Positions 1 through 13,387 are shown, counted from the stretch's first letter. The stretch is 64,000 bases of DNA from Octopus vulgaris (GCA_951406725.2 OX597816.1:11408001-11472000), one strand, 5' to 3'. Numbers and translations: made by a program. The notes: generated from the sequence alone by a model not told the origin.

Positions 1-201
1 TCTAAAGAAAACATAACTTGCTCTGATCCAAGCTATGCTAGTAATAGACAAGAGTGTTCCAGCCTGATGGTTGCACAAATGGATGGCCTTTGATGGTGAC
101 TGGTTGAGTTGATGAATGAAAATGTTTCTTGACCTGTGTGTAGAACTAAGTGAACAACACCCATGAACATTTAAGAGGCTTTTTATTGCATTTATATGTG
201 A

Positions 202-610
202 TTAGCAGCTAAGCCCGGTTTCACCCGGTCTGTTTGGATGATGTGGCTATAATTGTTTTTGGTTAGGCATAATCTAAATGCGTTTCTCAACCTTATCATT
301 TTGGGTCCCCTCTTTTTATTGAAGCCTCCAGCTATATGAAAATTTCCTGGCCCCACCCCATCAGAAAACAGCTTCTAAGCAACTGGTTGTTTTAATAACT
401 GAAGATAGAGGGGAATTCCATTTGAAAAAGTTTTAATCAATTTTCTTGGTAAGTATTGGGGCTAAGAAAAAAAATACAAACTGCATTCCAATCTATGCAC
501 CCATCTCCACATGTGTGCCATTTTTCACATGAATCCACCCAGCCATTTGGCTGTGAACCTCAAGACAAGAAAGAATACAACAATTGCCCATGTCCAATTT
601 ATATTATAGA
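202..610 (-). mobile_element. Non-autonomous Helitron, 409 bp (copy 1)
   Basis: Minus strand starts TC (TCTATAATATAAATTGG) and ends with the hairpin ccgg-gtgaaa-ccgg followed by CTAA (CTRR). Inserted between A and T with no TSD. Homologous over its full length to 31145-31553. Confidence 0.85.
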
Positions 611-828
611 TAAAACAATCTGTGAAATGTTCAAACTTCATTGGTCTTTCACAGATAACTGCAGCATTAACCACATACTGAGAGAGAGGTACTGCTTGGA
701 GTTTATGGCAAGTTACTGGTATGGTAGCATGGAGCTTGTCCAAAACAATTTTGCTATATTTGTGGTGACAGAGGTTTCTGTCATCTATCTGTGCCATCTG
801 TCTTAGACATCTTTCTGGTAAAAGTGAT

Positions 829-1236
829 TACTCTTTTATTTGTCTCAGTCATCTGACTGTGACCATGCTGGAGCACCACCTTTAGTCGAGAAAATCAACC
901 ACAGGACTTATTCTTTGGAAGCCTAGTACTTATTCTATCAGCCTCTTTTGCCGAACCGCTAAGTTACAGGGACGTAAACACACCACCATCGGTTGTCAAG
1001 CGATGTTGGGGGGACAAACACAGACACACAAACATATACACACACATACATATATGTATATATACATATATACGACTGGCTATTTTCAGTTTCTGTCTAC
1101 CAAATCCACTCACAAGTCTTTGGTCGGCCCAAGGCTATAGTAGAAGACACTTGCCCAAGGTGCCACACAGTGGGAATGAACCCAGAATCATGTGGTTCGA
1201 ATGCAAGCTACTTACCACACCGCCACTCCTGCACCT
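829..1236 (-). mobile_element. tRNA-derived SINE (family 1: aggtgcaggagtggctgtgtggtaag...), full length
   Basis: A/B-box-like head, conserved ccttgggcaagtgtcttctactatagcc body, internal (TA/CA)n and gagtaa-type tail. More than 15 copies in the window. Confidence 0.85.
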
Positions 1237-2219
1237 GATTGCTGAATGGTTTTTATAAGAAACTGGAAGTCAAATTCAAGAATGTTGAAAAGCCGGTCTA
1301 TGCCATCACTTCACATTGATTGGCCAGTTAATAGACCGGTCACATGAAACTATGGTGGTTTGTTCGTGATGTCTGACCATGGATCCAGGGATTCAGTTTC
1401 GAATCTCTGTTGCAAAAAAAAGTGGTAAAATATATATGACCTGCCTAACTTCACTAATGGCAGGATGCAGCAGAAAAGCATATGGAAGGTTATTCTGCTG
1501 CAATCTAAGCTACCAACTGTTTATGAAGAAAGAAAACAGATTCCATTAATTTCCCCCATCTTTAATGAAATGCTTCATTTCATAAAACACTTAAATAATA
1601 AATCGCAGGTTATGACAAGCTGAAGATTTTTAAAAAATGAATGAAATTATGCTATGGATAATTACAAATGACTAGTAAAATTTTTAAACTTTGCATGAAG
1701 TAGATAAAAAAAAGTTTAAATATGCAAATTCTATGCATATTTTTTAATATTTCATTAATTTCAATCTCAAATTTTTAATCCTCCTTTAAATTATGACTAC
1801 ATGGTTATCTCCCTTGTAATATAGCTGCAATCATTAGTGGAACCACATATATTTAAATCAGCCTTCTATTGAATTTAAAGGCCTAATCATATACGTTTAT
1901 CAGACCCTTATCCTTAGATATTTCAATATATTGATATTATGTTTTATATTTCTGTCTATTGAGGGTCTAAGTCTAATGTATCAAAGTCTCCAGGTTTGGG
2001 TTCCATGGCAACCATTGACTCATACATTACATAGATTTTCACTTTAGTTATAGAATTATGAATGTTATCCTATTATTGTTTTTGGTTTGTGTATGACCAT
2101 GTGGATGAGAAGATATTTTTGTTATTCATCTCTTGGAGTCCCTATACATACATATATGTATGTATGTATGTATGTATCCAACGTTCACCACTTCACATCA
2201 TCTTGGTGCTTAACAGCCC

Positions 2220-2540
2220 TCACCGTTTGTTTTTATTGTTTTGTTCTCACTGTCCTATTTTTGTTACCACTTTAAACCTCCACAAAAAATCCCAAATTTT
2301 ATTTCATTTACTTTGTGGGAAGGACTGTTTCAATGAAGTTGCATCTTGTCCTTACATTCGAAATGCAGAGTAGAAAAAACAGGGGACAACTGATGAAGCG
2401 GAATATTCTTTATGTCGCCTGTCTCGTTTCTCTGTTTGCTTGTTTCTGTCGTTGTTCGAAAAAGTTTGTTTTATATGGGTTTTTTTGTTTTTATATTCTT
2501 ATTTCTCATTCTGTCAACGTTTTTTTTATGTCCTGTACCC
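2220..2540 (+). mobile_element. Dispersed element with a permuted hammerhead-like motif (copy 1)
   Basis: Aligns with 19375-19670 (minus strand). 3' end gtcctgtaccc abuts a TA-rich microsatellite. Confidence 0.7.
2340..2400 (+). ncRNA. Candidate non-circularly permuted hammerhead ribozyme
   Basis: Order is tgcAT-C, ttgtcc, linker, attc-GAAA-tgca, 16-nt linker, ggacaa-CTGATGA-a-gcg. Stem I is ttgtcc/ggacaa and stem III is Atgca/tgcaT. Stem II is poor in this copy. Confidence 0.55.
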
Positions 2541-2736
2541 ATATATGCATGTATATATACATATATATATGTAGGTATGTACATATATGTGTGTATATAT
2601 GCATATATTTATATATTATCTATACTATTATATGATCGAACGCCATGCACCCCTTTCCAAGTAAGTTTCATCTATATATGTACATATTTATATATACACA
2701 TATATACATATATACACACATATACACAAACACATA

Positions 2737-2769
<33 letters not shown>

Positions 2770-2854
2770 CTATATATATATATACATATATATATATAGA
2801 TATATAGATAGATTCATACTCTCATACATACATACATACATATGTACTATATGA

Positions 2855-2885
<31 letters not shown>

Positions 2886-3382
2886 TATATCAGTTTAATA
2901 TGTTTGAGATGGTCAGCTATGATTACAGACAATGTCTCCCTCATTCCCCTGATAAACTAGTTAAAAATAAATTCACCCTCACACATATCCACAAAGGGAT
3001 TTATTACTATTGAATTAACATAGAGCATGGCAGAAAAATTCTTAACATTACCTCTTCTAATTCTTTATGATATGGCTTCAAATCCAGCTGAGATCAGTTT
3101 TGATTTTCATCTTTTGAAGGTCATTAAATTATGTACCAGTTGCATACTAGGGTCAACAGAATTGTCTTCCTCGCCTCCACTTACAACAGGTAGCCTTATA
3201 CCAGAATTCAAAAACATTAAAATGGTTAGCTGGTAGAATTCTTACTACATCATGCAAAATGTTTGTATTATTTCATCCAGCTGTTTATGTTCTGTGTTCA
3301 AATTCCACTACTTTACCTTTCATTGTTTTGGGGATCAAAAAGAGAGGCACCAAAAACAATTATTATTAACCAACACAAATTA

Positions 3383-3870
3383 AGGTAGCAAGCTGGCAGA
3401 ATTGTTAGCATGCTGGACAAAATGCTTAACGGTATTAAAGGTGGTGAGCTGGCAGAAACGTTAGCATGTCGGGCACAATACTTAGTGGTATTTCATTTGT
3501 CGCCACGTTCTCAGTTCAAATTCCGCCAAGGTCGACTTTGCCTTTCATCCTTTCAGGGTCGATTAAATAAATACCAGTTACACACTGGGGTCGATATAAT
3601 CGTCTTAATCTGCTTGTCTGTCCTTGTTTGTCTTCTCTATGTTTAGCCCCTTGTGGGCAATAAAGAAATAAGAATCGTTAGCATGCTGGATGAAATCCTT
3701 AATGGTATTCCGTCTGTCTTCATGTTCTGAGTTCAAATGCTGCTGGGGTCGATTTTTACCTTCCATCCTTTCAGGGTCAGTAAATGAAGTACCAGTTACA
3801 CATTAGTATCGATGTAATCGACTCATTTCCTCCCTCAAAATTTCAGGCCTTCTACCTATAGCAGAAACGA
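3383..3870 (+). mobile_element. Multimer of SINE family 2 (ggcgagctggcagaa...gtcgactttgcctttcatcctttcggggtcgataaa)
   Basis: Repeated heads and bodies in tandem, B-box-like gttcaaattcc and a conserved central domain. Confidence 0.8.
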
Positions 3871-4179
3871 TTATCCAACACCAAGTATTACCACATCACA
3901 GCTTGCTTCATTTTCATTGGTAGCAATTTCATTGCTATTACTGTGTTATACGACAACATTATATTTCATTCCCTTTTGTTGCTATGGTGTGACTACCACT
4001 GTTTTTGTCATTTATATAATATTACTGTTAAAGACTAAAATTCTTCAATTCTACTATATCTATACAGAATGGCTTTTATGAGATTTGTGGCCCTTTCAGT
4101 AGAGAACGGTTTTTGGTAATTCCATCAATCAATCCAGCCATGAAGTATGGTAATATATGAGTTTCATCCCCCACACACA

Positions 4180-4444
4180 CCTATATAAACACATATATAT
4201 CTATATATCTATATATATATATGTGTATATATGTATAAATATGTATGTATGTATATATATTTATATATACATACATATATACACATACATATATATACAT
4301 ATATATAGATGTGCATATATATATATATATACACATATATGCACATACATATATATACATACATATATAAATATATATACATACATGCATATATATAGAC
4401 ATATATACATACATACATATATATATACACACATATATATATAT

Positions 4445-4500
<56 letters not shown>

Positions 4501-4523
4501 GCATATATACATACACACATACA

Positions 4524-4563
<40 letters not shown>
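4180..4563. repeat. (TA)n/(TACA)n compound microsatellite
   Basis: Direct inspection. Confidence 0.95.
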
Positions 4564-4565
<2 letters not shown>

Positions 4566-5049
4566 TTATCACATTTGTAGCTTTTTATTCAAAAGGAAAG
4601 AAGAAAAGGCTTCTTTATAACAGATTTCGTTTTCATTTACATTGTTGAAAACCAGTCACAAAAACCACATATATACATTTACACATATATACATTTACAC
4701 ATATATACATATACATATATACGTTTTTGTAATTCATATGCATACGTATACGTTTGTGTGGGTGTGATTACGAAATCATATGCAAATATGTATGCGTGTC
4801 ATGTGTGTGCCTATGTATTTGTTTGTGTATGATGTGTTTTTCCATCTATCACAAAGACTTATTCAAATCTCTATTCATGCCGTTTTGTTATTATATATTG
4901 CCTTATTTCCTAGATTCTAAGCACACTGTATACCGTTCTTCTTGCATGCATTGTCCTCCCTAATCACAGCTGACTGAGTACTCTTATATACCCAGTACCA
5001 CCATTACCATCATCACAGAAGATAATGCTTCTGTACTAGGTCTATGGAA

Positions 5050-5168
5050 GACAACAACAACAAAGACAATAATAATAAAAATAATAATAGTAAAAATAAT
5101 ACTAGTAATAATAATAATAATAATAATAATGATAATAATAATAATAATAATAACAAAAAAATAATAAT

Positions 5169-5233
<65 letters not shown>

Positions 5234-5250
5234 TGGTGAGGATAATATAA
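5050..5250. repeat. (AAT)n microsatellite
   Basis: Direct inspection. Confidence 0.95.
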
Positions 5251-5699
5251 AAATATTGACTATTCAGTTTATCGTAATTATTTTTTCCTTTTTTCTTTTG
5301 TTAGAAACTGTATATATTTTTTTACACTTCATATCCATTTTGTCAAAAACTGTCGGTTTCTTCTTTTTTTTCTTTTGTAGTTTTTTGTTGTGTGTTAGTC
5401 GTTAGTTGTCATAAAGTGGCATAACAGAAGTGCATTTTGCGCAAAATATTTCACAGGCACCGTGTTTATAATTAATGTTAATTTTGACCTTATCTGCAAT
5501 TGATATGGTTTTGTTGTTTATTTTTTGTTAGGGTTTATTATTATTATTATTATTTTTTTTTTTTGATGAAAGAGTTATTCGTGTTTAGACATTTTTTTTT
5601 TTCTGATATAAAAAAATCCCATTATGACAAATGTATCATTTCTGAGTTTGATGACAACTCTATTTCATTCAATGGGCATGTATCAAGACAAAAAAAAAA

Positions 5700-6210
5700 G
5701 TTTTCTGGCTGTGGTATTTTAGTTTCAATGCAGAAGGTTATAGGTTCAAATTCTGTCATTGATCTAATATATTACTTCTTTCTTTTGTTTTTTTTTCTTT
5801 TTTTACTATATGATTAAAATTGCTTCATCCATGTAAATATGAAAGTAAGGAAATTTTTGAAGCTATATTTTAGTTTTGGTCCCTGAGGTTATAGGTTCAA
5901 TTTTTACTTGTGGTACATCATTTCATTAATTTTGTTTCACAATTTGATGTAAACTGTTTCACCCATAGAATGGTGACACTATAAAGAGATTTTGCAATTA
6001 TGCTACTTCACTTTTCATCCCAGAGGTCATAAGTTCAAATTCTACTGTAGGTACGTTACTTCATTTATTTCATTAATTTTTTTTGTTTTTTGTTTTACCA
6101 ATAATGAAAACTTTATATCTTCCATAGAAATGTAACACTATAATAGAGGTTTTGCATTATGGTCCTTTAGATTTGGTTTCATTTGTTCTAGGTTCAAATA
6201 TTATCATTGG
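5700..6210 (+). repeat. Old degenerate ~150-bp tandem repeat
   Basis: A gaggttataggttcaaatt-like motif recurs near 5735, 5885, 6023 and 6190, each followed by a ccatagaa-type block. The pattern resumes at about 9430-9570. Confidence 0.6.
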
Positions 6211-6221
6211 TATAATATATT

Positions 6222-9174
6222 TATTTCTTTATTGCCCACAGCGGGTTAAACATAGAGGGGACAAACAAGGACAGACAAAGAGTCTAAGTCGATTACATCG
6301 ACCCTCAGTGCATGTCTGGTACATAATTTATCGACCCTGAAAGGATGAAAGGCAAAGTCAACCTCGGCGGAATTTGAATTTAGAATGTAAAGTCAGATGA
6401 AATACCTATTTCTTTACTACCCACAAGGGGATAAACACAGAGAGGACAAACGGATTAAGTCGATTATATTGACCTCAATGCATAACTGGTACTTATTTAA
6501 TCGACCCCGAAAGGATGAAAGGCAAAGTCAACCTCGGTGGAATTTGAACTTAGAATGTAAAGTCAGATGAAATACCTATTTCTTTACTACCCACAAGGGG
6601 ATAAACGCAGAGAGGACAAACGGATTAAGTCGATTATATTGAACTCAATGCATAACTGGTACTTATTTAATCGACCCCGAAAGGATGAAAGGCAAAGTCA
6701 ACCTCGGTGGAATTTGAACTTAGAATGTAAAGTCAGATGAAATACCTATTTCTTTACTACCCACAAGGGGATAAACACAGAGAGGACAAACGGATTAAGT
6801 CGATTATATTGACCTCAATGCGTAACTGGTACTTATTTAATCAACCCTGAAAGGATGAAAGGCAAAGTCAACCTCGGTGGAATTTGAACTTAGAATGTAA
6901 AGTCAGATGAAATACCTATTTCTTTACTACCCACAAGGGGATAAACACAGAGAGGACAAACGGATTAAGTCGATTATATTGACCTCAATGCGTAACTGGT
7001 ACTTATTTAATCGACCCCGAAAGGATGAAAGGCAAAGTCGACCTCGGTGGAATTTGAACTTAGAATGTAAAGTCAGATGAAATACCTATTTCTTTACTAC
7101 CCACAAGGGGATAAACACAGAGAGGACAAACGGATTAAGTCGATTATATTGACCTCAATGCGTAACTGGTACTTATTTAATCAACCCTGAAAGGATGAAA
7201 GGCAAAGTCAACCTCGGTGGAATTTGAACTTAGAATGTAAAGTCAGATGAAATACCTATTTCTTTACTACCCACAAGGGGATAAACACAGAGAGGACAAA
7301 TGGATTAAGTCGATTATATTGACCTCAATGCGTAACTGGTATTTATTTAATCGACCCCGAAAGGATGAAAGGCAAAGTCAACCTCGGTGGAATTTGAACT
7401 TAGAATGTAAAGTCAGATGAAATACCTATTTCTTTACTACCCACAAGGGGATAAACACAGAGAGGACAAACGGATTAAGTCGATTATATTGACCTCAATG
7501 CGTAACTGGTACTTATTTAATCAACCCTGAAAGGATGAAAGGCAAAGTCAACCTCGGTGGAATTTGAACTTAGAATGTAAAGTCAGATGAAATACCTATT
7601 TCTTTACTACCCACAAGGGGATAAACACAGAGAGGACAAATGGATTAAGTCGATTATATTGACCTCAATGCGTAACTGGTATTTATTTAATCGACCCCGA
7701 AAGGATGAAAGGCAAAGTCAACCTCGGTGGAATTTGAACTTAGAATGTAAAGTCAGATGAAATACCTATTTCTTTACTACCCACAAGGGGATAAACACAG
7801 AGAGGACAAACGGATTAAGTCGATTATATTGACCTCAATGCGTAACTGGTACTTATTTAATCAACCCTGAAAGGATGAAAGGCAAAGTCAACCTCGGTGG
7901 AATTTGAACTTAGAATGTAAAGTCAGATGAAATACCTATTTCTTTACTACCCACAAGGGGATAAACACAGAGAGGACAAACGGATTAAGTCGATTATATT
8001 GACCTCAATGCATAACTGGTACTTATTTAATCGACCCCGAAAGGATGAAAGGCAAAGTCAACCTCGGTGGAATTTGAACTTAGAATGTAAAGTCAGATGA
8101 AATACCTATTTCTTTACTACCCACAAGGGGATAAACACAGAGAGGACAAACGGATTAAGTCGATTATATTGACCTCAATGCGTAACTGGTACTTATTTAA
8201 TCGACCCTGAAAGGATGAAAGGCAAAGTCAACCTCGGTGGAATTTGAACTTAGAATGTAAAGTCAGATGAAATACCTATTTCTTTACTACCCACAAGGGG
8301 ATAAACACAGAGAGGACAAACGGATTAAGTCGATTATATTGACCTCAATGCGTAACTGGTACTTATTTAATCAACCCTGAAAGGATGAAAGGCAAAGTCA
8401 ACCTCGGTGGAATTTGAACTTAGAATGTAAAGTCAGATGAAATACCTATTTCTTCACTACCCACAAGGGGATAAACACAGAGAGGACAAACGGATTAAGT
8501 CGATTATATTGACCTCAATGCATAACTGGTACTTATTTAATTGACCCCGAAAGGATGAAAGGCAAAGTCAACCTCGGCGGAATTTGAACTTAGAATGTAA
8601 AGTCAGATGAAATACCTATTTCTTTACTACCCACAAGGGGATAAACACAGAGAGGACAAACGGATTAAGTCGATTATATTGACCTCAATGCGTAACTGGT
8701 ATTTATTTAATCGACCCCGAAAGGATGAAAGGCAAAGTCAAGCTCGGTGGAATTTGAACTTAGAATGTAAAGTCAGATGAAATACCTATTTCTTTACTAC
8801 CCACAAGGGGATAAGCACAGAGAGGACAAACGGATTAAGTCGATTATATTGAACTCAATGCATAACTGGTACTTATTTAATCGACCCCGAAAGGATGAAA
8901 GGCAAAGTCAACCTCGGTGGAATTTGAACTTAGAATGTAAAGTCAGATGAAATACCTATTTCTTTACTACCCACAAGGGGATAAACACAGAGAGGACAAA
9001 CGGATTAAGTCGATTATATTGACCTCAATGCGTAACTGGTACTTATTTAATCGACCCCGAAAGGATGAAAGGCAAAGTCGACCTCGGCGGAATTTGAACT
9101 CAGAACACAGCGGCAGATGAAATACCATTAAGCATTTTTCCTGGCATGCTAACATTTCTGCCAGCTCGCTGCCT
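6222..9174 (-). repeat. Tandem array of 17 SINE family 2 bodies (170-bp unit) with a single 5' head
   Basis: tagaatgtaaagtcagatga recurs at 6381, 6551 ... 8931 (period 170). The SINE head (ggcagcgagctggcagaaatgttagc) is present only at 9127-9174. Confidence 0.95.
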
Positions 9175-9187
9175 TATAAACAAAATA

Positions 9188-9409
9188 TTTATTTCTTTAT
9201 TGCCCACAGGGGGCTAAACATAGAGGGGACAAACAAGGATAGACAAAGGGATTAAGTCGATTACATCATTCCCAGTGTGTAACTGGTACTTATTTAATCG
9301 ACTCCAAAAGGGTGAAAGGCAAAGTTGACCTTGGCAGAATTTGAACTCAGAAACTAATGGCAGATGAAATACCACGAAGCATTTCGCCCGGCATGCCAGT
9401 TCACTGCCC
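9188..9409 (-). mobile_element. SINE family 2 copy
   Basis: Same body as the array unit, with a degenerate head. Confidence 0.8.
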
Positions 9410-10179
9410 TCATTGGTATAATATATTATTTTTATTTTATTTTGATTTACTCTTTGATGAAAACTGTTTCATCCATGAAATGTGGCAATAAAAGAGGTTT
9501 ACAGTTATGGTTGTTTAATTTTAGTCCCTCATGTTTTAAGTTCAAATTTTGTCATGGTCATTATCTATTCTTTTACTTTTTCTTTTATGTGCCACCAACA
9601 TGAGTGGCTCCCATGCTGGTGGTACACAATAAGCACCATTCATGCAGGGGTCATTGCCAGTGCCAGTGCCGTCTGACTGGCTCTCCGTACTGGTGGCACA
9701 TAAAATGCACCATCCAAATGTGGTTGATGCCAGCCACTCACTCCGTCTGGCTCCTGTGCCGTAGTATGTAAAAAGCGCCATCTGAATGTGGCTGATGACT
9801 GTTTTTAGGTTCTGAGTTCAAATTACGTTGAGGCCAACTTTGCCATTCATCCTTTTGGGGCTGATGAAATAAGTGCAAGTTGAGCAATGGAGTCGAGGTG
9901 ATCGACTTACCCCATCATACGAAATTGTTGGCCATGTACCAAAATTTGAAACCAATATATTATGATATCTTAAGGTTGCAAGCTGACAGCATCATTAGCA
10001 AAATGCTTAGCTGTGTTTTGTCTGTCTTTGTGTTCTAAGTTCAAATTCCTTTAAGGTTGACTTTGCCTTTCATCCTTTTGGTGGGTGCGTGGGGGTGGGG
10101 GTCAATAAAACGAGTACCAGTTGAGCACTGTGTCAATGTAATTGACTTACCCACTTTTCCAACACTGGTGACTTTGTGC

Positions 10180-10605
10180 TCATCGTCATCATCATTGTTG
10201 TTTAACATCTGCTTTCCATGTTGGCATGGGTTGGATGGTTTGATTGAGGATTGGCAAGACTGGCGGCTGCACCAGGCTCCAATTTGATCTGGCAATGTTT
10301 CTACAGCTGGTTGCCCTTCCTAATACCAACCACTCCAAGAGTGTAGTGGGTGCAGGCTTCCATGCCACCAGCAAAGGGGCCAGTCAGGCAGCAATGTCAT
10401 CGACCATGCTCAAATGGTGCTTTCTATGTGCCACCAACATGGATGTCAGTCAGGCAACACTGTCATCAACCACATTTGAATGGTGTTTTTTATGTGCCAC
10501 TGGCATATGGGTGCCGGTCAGGTGGCACTAGCATCAGTCATGCTCAAATGGTGCTTTCTACGTGCCACAGGCACAGGAGCCAGTCAGGCAGCACTGGCAT
10601 GTCAG
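10180..10605 (-). mobile_element. RTE-tailed SINE (family 3: ggaagggcatccagc motif, (ATG)n tail)
   Basis: catcatc..tttaacatctgctttccatg tail, gcccttcctaa motif and internal ~55-bp GC-rich repeats. Other copies at about 15318-15545, 16099-16320, 43478-43830, 54725-55030, 55950-56085 and 62056-62207. Confidence 0.75.
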
Positions 10606-11349
10606 GCAGAAGTTACAGGTTCAAATTTTATCACTGACTGGCATTGTATATATGCTCTTGAATATACACGACTTAGTCAGAGCAAGAACGACAGCCACTA
10701 GGACTTGTAGTGAGGCTGCATAATAAACTACAACACTTTAACTTCTATATTAAATACTCAGACACCTCCTCTGCACATTATTCATAGATAGATGAGAGTT
10801 CCATATGTACAAAAAAATAAAATAAAATGCATAATAAAAATATTTTCAGGTTGTTTGTCAGTTGTCACTTATCTCAAACACCATGAAAAAGGGTTTCAAT
10901 TTTTTGATACTTCATTGTAGCATTAACGAATAATTCTTGCTTGTTTTAATGTCAATTAAGTAAGATGACCCAAGGTATTGCTGAAATACGACTGCACAAT
11001 TCTCTGGTGAAAACTATTTAATTCACATTTGCAGTCATTATTCAACTGTAATATAAACTCTAAGCCGACCGAGGTATTAGAATGCTGGGTAAAATTCTTA
11101 GTGGCGTTTTCTCTGTCTTATATTCTGAGTTCTTATTCCCCTGAGGTCAGTGTTCATTAATCCATCCATTCATCTGTCTGTCCATCTGTCCATTTACCCA
11201 TCTGTTCATCCATCTACCCATCCGTCCATCTGCCCATCCGTCCATCTGCCCATGGATCTGTTTGTCCATCTATCCATCCGTCCATATGTCCATCTATAGG
11301 TATGTCTATCTAACCCTCTGTTTGTCCATCAATCTATAGGTACGTCCAT

Positions 11350-11568
11350 CTTCTTTCTTGTCTTGAGATAGCATTCACCCGGGATGGGTTGAGCTGACTT
11401 CATTCATCCTCAATGTTGCATCTCTCACAAATGCCAGACAGGCCTGGCAATTTGAGGCTAACGACTGTGTGATCTCCAACCACTCCCTGTTCCAGCAGCG
11501 AATGCCATAGACATGGGGCCCTAGGTTGGGTTCCAGATCAGCCTTGACTGTCATCAGCCAGGTTTTTT
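11350..11568 (-). pseudogene. 3' end of an RTE-clade LINE ORF2 (5'-truncated)
   Basis: Minus strand translates KTWLMTVKADLEPNLGPHVYGIRCWNREWLEITQSLASNCQACLAFVRDATLRMNEVSSTHPG*, which matches my recollection of RTE C-termini (KTW..LEPL.GP.VFG..RW...STRPG*). Embedded in (TCCA)n. Confidence 0.7.
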
Positions 11569-12271
11569 ACAGTCCATCTGCTTGTCCGTCAGTCTGTTTG
11601 TCCATCCATCCAACCACCCACCCATATTAACAAATACCAGTAAACAAAGTAAGACAATAAAATAGAATTTGTCAAAAAAACGAGATAGCGTATGTTTTGT
11701 AAACCCATGTTTTGTAAACTTCCGAACTACAACAAAACAAGCAACACAAATATAAAAGTAAAATTTAATAAAAAAAACAACAAAAAAATGTACGATATAA
11801 ATTGCGAATAAACAAGATAAAATAAAATTATATTAAACCATATTCTTACATTGCAATGGTTGAAATTCTTTGAGCAAAATAATAAAGTGAATTTCTACAA
11901 CGGCATAAAATGAAATGAGAATTGATCTTTAGAAATGTTAGTTTATGGTCAAATAGTGCTTAGACAAAACAGTTTTGTTGAGTTTCAGTTCATTTGATTA
12001 TATTTGTGAAAGTTTGTTTTATGATGGAAGCAATAAAAACATGATGATCCATAGCGTCCAGGCATCGCAGAGAATTTTGAGAGAGGGACAGAGAGAGGAG
12101 GGGAGAGAGGTGGAGAGAGAGAGAGAGATGCCAAGCGATGTAGAGAGAAATGAACAGGAATGTGTAGTCATAACCATACATGGAACAAACATACACACAG
12201 ACACACAAATGCATACAATGATGTCTATATATACAGACATTCATGCATATATATATTTTTATATATGTATG

Positions 12272-12312
<41 letters not shown>

Positions 12313-12389
12313 ATATGTATGTATGTATGTACATGTACAATATAGATTTACTTAATTTTACTACAATGCATTAATTCCAGATACCTATA

Positions 12390-12422
<33 letters not shown>

Positions 12423-13139
12423 GTATGCATGTATGTATGTATGTATGTACGTATGAATATATGTATGTATAATATAGATTTTATTAATTTTATAACAATG
12501 CATTAATTTCAGATACCTATATGTGTGTGTGTGTATGTAAAGGCTTATATATATGTATATATACATACCTAAACACACATGCACATATACATGTATATGT
12601 ATATACACACACATATAAATATACATATATACAAACATGTATATATACACTTTATATTTATATATATAGATATGTAAATTTATATATAAATTCATATATG
12701 TGTGTATATATAAATATATATATATATATATATACATACAAATACATATATGCATTCATACATACATACATATAGTCATTGACATACATACTTATATGTG
12801 CAAGTACGTTTTCTGTGTGCGTGTGTGTGTGTATATATATATATATATATGTTTGTATATGTGTGTATATCTATATCTGTAAGGATGTATGGATGTACAT
12901 AAAGACATATCTCTTGCCATTCTATATTTTCTACTTTTGAATTAATTCTAAAATTTTCAAAAATACAATCTCTTTTATTGGATTTTATTTAGTTGTATAT
13001 TTTATTTGTTGTGTTGTTTTTCTTTTATTTCTTTTATTTCCTTTTTTTATTGGTCGTTGATCAAATAGTCTTTATGATGCCCATAAAAGTGTGGAATTAT
13101 GACAGCAGCACTGATGACGAAAAGGTGGGAGGAAAGGGG

Positions 13140-13387
13140 AAACGGATGACCACGACGACTACGATGATGATAATGATGACGGCGATGATGATGACGGTGA
13201 TGATGGTGATAATTATGGTGATGTTGATGACAATGATGATGCTGAGAAGAAGAAGAAGAACATGGAGAGATATTTCTTAATAATAATAATAATAATAATA
13301 AAAACAACAACAACAATAAAAGTAATAGTAGCAATTCTAAGAATCATAGTAATAGTAGTTGTAGTAGTAGTAGTGGTAGTAGTAGTG

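Noticed and set aside
6222-9174. CRISPR-like regular array
   Set aside because: Units are identical over their whole 170 bp with no unique spacers, the sequence is SINE-derived, there are no cas genes, and the context is eukaryotic.
11551-11558. Other CTGATGA occurrences (here on minus; also ~9792, 9861, 13111, 50077)
   Set aside because: I found no correctly placed GAAA/NUH or pairing stems.
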